Shown: positions 42,126 to 45,414 of the stretch, in pieces | Numbering within the stretch: the first letter of the stretch is position 1 | Layout: every line of letters begins with the position of its first letter | Assembly: GCA_964353645.1 (NCBI GenBank) | Contig: CAYGWR010000002.1 | Span: 1 to 45,414, forward strand | Source: an uncultured Dehalococcoidia bacterium | GTDB taxonomy: Bacteria; Chloroflexota; Dehalococcoidia; SZUA-161 | Reading direction: 5' to 3' | DNA length: 45,414 bases | Position numbers and translations under genes: made by a program | The notes under the pieces: generated by a model | Databases searched by the model: none | Seen by the model: the letters and a program-made list of their open reading frames with translations, nothing else | Told to the model about the DNA's origin: nothing

Positions 42126-42668
42126 TTAGATTTTCACCTTGCCGTAGCGTTCCCATTCGCTGTAGACACAGCCGCAGTATCCCTGGTGGTAGAGGCCGAG
42201 TTCTCGAGATAGACGGTGGCTTTCCCTGAAGCCCGGTCGGAAATCCTCGTAGTAGAATCTTACTCCTTTTTCTTTTCCAAGCTGCTCTCCTGACTCCCGC
42301 AGCAGATCGTGCTTCTGATAAGGACTGATGAGCAAGGTGGTAGTAAAGGCTTCAAAGCCTCCTTCTTGAGCAACCTCGGCGGTTTTTGCCAACCGCAACC
42401 TGTAGCAAACGGGGCAGCGGTTGCTCTCATGGCCTACAACAGCCTGAAAGTACTTTAGCATGTCGTAGCCATCAGCTACGATGAGGGGCAGGTTAGTCGC
42501 TTGGGCGAAAGTTTGCATAGCCTCCAGGCGGAGCTGGTGCTCCCGAAAGGGGTGGATATTGGGGTTATACCAGAAAGCGGTGACTCTAAGCCCCTTGTCC
42601 TGCAAAGACTTCACCACGTAGGTAGAGCAGGGGCCACAGCATACATGAAGAAGAATCGAGGTAGCCAT
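42126..42668 (-). CDS. queH: Epoxyqueuosine reductase QueH (DUF208)
   Basis: LLHVCCGPCS...CPVCY...GYCGCVYSE is the QueH Cys pattern. 180 aa. Confidence 0.85.
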   Translation of the reverse strand: MATSILLHVCCGPCSTYVVKSLQDKGLRVTAFWYNPNIHPFREHQLRLEAMQTFAQATNLPLIVADGYDMLKYFQAVVGHESNRCPVCYRLRLAKTAEVAQEGGFEAFTTTLLISPYQKHDLLRESGEQLGKEKGVRFYYEDFRPGFRESHRLSRELGLYHQGYCGCVYSEWERYGKVKI

Positions 42669-42711
42669 CCTTTTATCCGGTAGTTAAGTACATGAAATCG
42701 ATACGCTAAAT

Positions 42712-42797
42712 GCCGTTCGTGGTGAGCTAGTCGAACCATGAACGGCTCTTCGTTGAACTCAGGATATGCCCTTCGACAGGCTCAGGGCGAACGGCTC
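42712..42797. repeat. Palindromic extragenic repeat between ruvB and queH
   Basis: GCCGTTCGTGG-N13-CCATGAACGGC (11-bp stem with one G-T) and GCCCT-N11-AGGGC, with GAACGGCTC repeated. Conceptual translations give FVVS*SNHE and PFDRLRANG. Confidence 0.55.
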
Positions 42798-42812
42798 AGA
42801 CTTTTCAAGTTT

Positions 42813-43835
42813 TTACAAAAGGCTGGGTTGGTCGGGTTTTCCCTTGGGATAGGTTAATCCAAGGTGTTCGTAGGCGAAGCGGGTGGCTAACCTGCCCCGA
42901 GGAGTGCGTTCCAAGAAGCTCAATTGCAGAAGATAGGGCTCGTAGACATCCATGATAGTGTCTGCCTCTTCGCTGATGGCAGCGGCAATGGTGTCCAACC
43001 CAACAGGGCCACCGTTGAACTTCTCAATGATGGTACGCAGTATCTTGTGGTCTACCTCGTCGAGCCCAATGGGATCAATTTCTAGTCTACCCAGCGCTTC
43101 TAAAGCGATTTTTTCCGTGATGACACCTTTGCCTTTTACCTGAGCATAGTCCCTGACGCGCTTGAGCAATCTGTTAGCTACTCTTGGGGTGCCACGTGCA
43201 CGCTTAGCGATTTCCTCTAATCCCCTCTTCTCGGCTTCTATGCCGAGGAGGCGGGTTGACCTTGCGATGATTACCTCGATAGCACTCTGGTCATAAAAAT
43301 TGAGCCGATACACCGCCCCGAATCTATCCCGAAGCGGTGGGCTGAGCAGTGCGAAGCGTGTTGTTGCTCCGACGAGGGTAAAGCGAGGTAGATTCAGTCT
43401 AAGGCTCCTGGCTCCTGCACCTTTGCCCATGACAATATCGAGGGCAAACTCCTCCATCACCGGGTAGAGCACTTCCTCTACTACACGCCCGAGGCGGTGT
43501 ATCTCGTCGATAAACAGAACATCTCCTTTGTTGAGGTTGGTGATGATAGCAGCGATATCGCCGGGGCGCTCTATGGCTGGGCCGGAGGTGATCTTGATAT
43601 TTACTCCCATCTCAGCAGCGATGATATAACCCAAAGTCGTCTTGCCCAGGCCCGGCGGGCCATAGAGCAAGATATGGTCTAAAGTTTCTCCCCTCCCCTG
43701 GGCAGCAGCCATAGATATCTTCAGGTTTTCTTTGACCTTCTCTTGCCCAACAAAGTCAACAAGGTGTTTAGGGCGAAGGCCCCTGTCAAGAACAATATCT
43801 TCTGCTCTGGGTTTGGCCGATATTACCCGCTCCAT
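42813..43835 (-). CDS. ruvB: Holliday junction branch-migration helicase RuvB
   Basis: [41 protein letters not shown] and GATTR. 340 aa. Confidence 0.95.
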   Translation of the reverse strand: MERVISAKPRAEDIVLDRGLRPKHLVDFVGQEKVKENLKISMAAAQGRGETLDHILLYGPPGLGKTTLGYIIAAEMGVNIKITSGPAIERPGDIAAIITNLNKGDVLFIDEIHRLGRVVEEVLYPVMEEFALDIVMGKGAGARSLRLNLPRFTLVGATTRFALLSPPLRDRFGAVYRLNFYDQSAIEVIIARSTRLLGIEAEKRGLEEIAKRARGTPRVANRLLKRVRDYAQVKGKGVITEKIALEALGRLEIDPIGLDEVDHKILRTIIEKFNGGPVGLDTIAAAISEEADTIMDVYEPYLLQLSFLERTPRGRLATRFAYEHLGLTYPKGKPDQPSLL

Positions 43836-43928
43836 CTTTCCTCTTTATCAGAAATAGGAACTCTGGCATATTATATCAGATTACGATTTCTTTGCCGAGG
43901 TTAAGATAAAAAAGAGAGCGTTTAGCAA

Positions 43929-44058
43929 CACTTTTCAACCCCCTAAATACCCCAGTCTTGGGGGACTTTTAAAGCTGGGGGATACCCCCATCCGCCTATG
44001 GCGGACTACCAGAGGGGCTTTGCCCCTCTGCACTCCCTGGCTGTTAAACGACCTCTTT
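43929..44058 (+). repeat. Family-A intergenic repeat, copy 5
   Basis: CACTTTTCAACCCCC...CCCCAGTCTTGGGGG...CTGGGGGATACCCCC...CCGCC-TAT-GGCGG...GAGGGGCTTTGCCCCTCTGCACTCCC...GTTAAACGACCTCTT. Confidence 0.85.
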
Positions 44059-44066
44059 ATATGTAA

Positions 44067-44095
44067 TTGACACCTCTCATTAGATGATATACACT
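44067..44095 (+). promoter_or_regulatory. Sigma70-like promoter of the mutase gene
   Basis: A perfect TTGACA (44067-44072), N17, TACACT. The -35 starts 10 nt after the conserved right end of repeat copy 5. Confidence 0.45.
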
Positions 44096-44135
44096 TTTGT
44101 GGGCAAGGTAATTATCGAAACTAAAAGGAGCATGA

Positions 44136-45414
44136 ATGGACACCAGCAAAAATAAGCGAGAGTGGCAGGAGAAGACCCTAAAACCATCGCTGAAGCGCGC
44201 CCCGGAACGCGAAGAACGTTTCCTGACCAATTCTGGGCTTGAGATTGATGACCTATATGCCCCTGATGACCTTCAGGGGTTCGATTATGTCCAGAAATTG
44301 GGTTTCCCTGGGGAGTACCCCTTCACCCGTGGAGTGCAGCCAACCATGTACCGGGGAAGAGTCTGGACCATGCGCCAGTATGCGGGCTTCGCCTCGGCCG
44401 AGGAGTCCAACAAACGCTATCATTATCTGCTGGAGCAAGGGCAAACCGGTCTCAGCGTAGCTTTTGACCTACCCACACAGATCGGCTATGACTCAGACAG
44501 CCCGAAGGCTCAGGGTGAGGTGGGCAAGGTAGGAGTGCCTATATCCAGTCTTGAGGATATGGAAACCCTGTTCAAAGGGATTCCTTTTGACAAGGTTAGC
44601 ACCTCGATGACTATCAACTCCACTGCCCCTGTCCTGCTGGCGATGTACATCGCTGTGGGCAAGAAGCAAGGAGTTGACCCCTCGAAACTAGATGGAACCA
44701 TCCAAAATGACCTGCTTAAGGAATACATCGCTCGTGGCACGTACATCTTTCCACCAAGACCCTCAATGAGGTTGATTACCGATATCTTCAGCTACTGTAC
44801 TGAGAAGCTTCCCAGGTGGAACACCATCAGCATCAGCGGTTACCATATTCGAGAAGCAGGGGCTACTGCTCCCCAGGAAGTGGCTTTCACTCTGGCTAAT
44901 GGGATAGCCTACGTCCAAGCTGCAATAGATATCGGCCTGGATGTAGATAGATTCGCCGGCCGGCTCTCCTTCTTCTTTGCCAGCCATAATAACCTCCTCG
45001 AAGAAGTGGCCAAGTTCAGGGCAGCGCGGCGGCTCTGGGCTAGAATCATGAATGAGAGATTTAAGGCCAAGGACCCGCGTTCTATGATGCTGCGTTTTCA
45101 TACCCAGACCTGCGGGCACACATTAACTGCGCAGCAGCCGGATAACAATATAGTAAGGACAGCCATGCAGGCGTTGGCTGCTGTATTAGGCGGGACTCAG
45201 TCACTGCATACCAACTCCCGCGATGAGGCTTATGCCACCCCCAGCGCAGAGGCGGTGACAATTGCCTTGCGCACTCAGCAGCTCCTTGCTTATGAGAACT
45301 GTGTTGGTGACTGCGTCGATCCCTTAGGCGGTTCTTACTACGTGGAATCTTTGACCGATAAAGTGGAAGCGGAAGCCGCTAACTATATTGAAAAGATTGA
45401 CCAACTGGGCGGTG
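44136..45414 (+). CDS. Methylmalonyl-CoA mutase family, catalytic (large) subunit N-terminal part; 3' end lies outside the window
   Basis: Open to the window end from ATG 44136 (AAAAGGAGCATGA-ATG). [71 protein letters not shown] and RFHTQTCG are family signatures. It is missing from the ORF track because it has no stop codon in the window. Confidence 0.9.
   Translation, partial: MDTSKNKREWQEKTLKPSLKRAPEREERFLTNSGLEIDDLYAPDDLQGFDYVQKLGFPGEYPFTRGVQPTMYRGRVWTMRQYAGFASAEESNKRYHYLLEQGQTGLSVAFDLPTQIGYDSDSPKAQGEVGKVGVPISSLEDMETLFKGIPFDKVSTSMTINSTAPVLLAMYIAVGKKQGVDPSKLDGTIQNDLLKEYIARGTYIFPPRPSMRLITDIFSYCTEKLPRWNTISISGYHIREAGATAPQEVAFTLANGIAYVQAAIDIGLDVDRFAGRLSFFFASHNNLLEEVAKFRAARRLWARIMNERFKAKDPRSMMLRFHTQTCGHTLTAQQPDNNIVRTAMQALAAVLGGTQSLHTNSRDEAYATPSAEAVTIALRTQQLLAYENCVGDCVDPLGGSYYVESLTDKVEAEAANYIEKIDQLGG

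Noticed and set aside
44059-44135. Cobalamin riboswitch upstream of the B12-dependent mutase (31331-31460 upstream of the chelatase-type gene was also checked)
   Set aside because: The leader after the predicted promoter is only about 40 nt long. Neither region contains a B12-box-like GCCACTG/AGYCMGG core in a plausible structural context.

Overview
Gene-dense 45.4-kb bacterial window, roughly 50% GC by eye, with no rRNA, tRNA or CRISPR array seen. The gene content points to a strict anaerobe: a selenocysteine peroxiredoxin, a tungsten-type aldehyde:ferredoxin oxidoreductase, a 2-hydroxyacyl-CoA-dehydratase/benzoyl-CoA-reductase-type enzyme with its ATPase activator, desulforedoxin, a rubredoxin fusion and QueH. 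The taxon cannot be fixed by eye; a Chloroflexota/Dehalococcoidia-like origin is only a guess. Layout: (1) 0.3-11.7 kb is one long minus-strand operon. It encodes a DUF134 regulator, DUF364, several NifX-like domain proteins, two MinD-like ATPases with inserted 2x[4Fe-4S] domains, an Mrp-like ATPase, a family of Gly/Arg-rich small proteins, IscU and the Sec-peroxiredoxin. I rate it the best candidate for an uncharacterised metallocluster-handling system. It also carries three lesions or relics: a MITE-like insertion, an in-frame TAA and a duplicated gene fragment. (2) 11.8-15.7 kb holds a methyltransferase and a DtxR-FeoA-FeoA fusion plus FeoB, with an operator array upstream. (3) 16-28.4 kb is an anaerobic catabolic island: dehydratase-type enzyme plus activator, SCP2, acyl-CoA ligase, AOR, a nitroreductase-like orphan and two CrtI-like flavoproteins. 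(4) 28.6-31.3 kb holds an internally duplicated LuxR-HTH protein and a ChlI/ChlD-type AAA+-VWA protein. (5) 31.7-37.4 kb is an oxygen-defence/Suf island on the plus strand. (6) 37.8-40.3 kb holds two family-III CoA-transferases, and 44.1 kb to the window end holds a partial methylmalonyl-CoA-mutase-type gene. (7) 40.3-43.8 kb holds a response regulator, a truncated kinase remnant, queH and ruvB. Five same-orientation copies of a 110-130 nt hairpin-rich intergenic repeat are overlaid on this layout. All functional calls come from motif recognition in the supplied translations and my own reading of the DNA. No database search or folding computation was possible.
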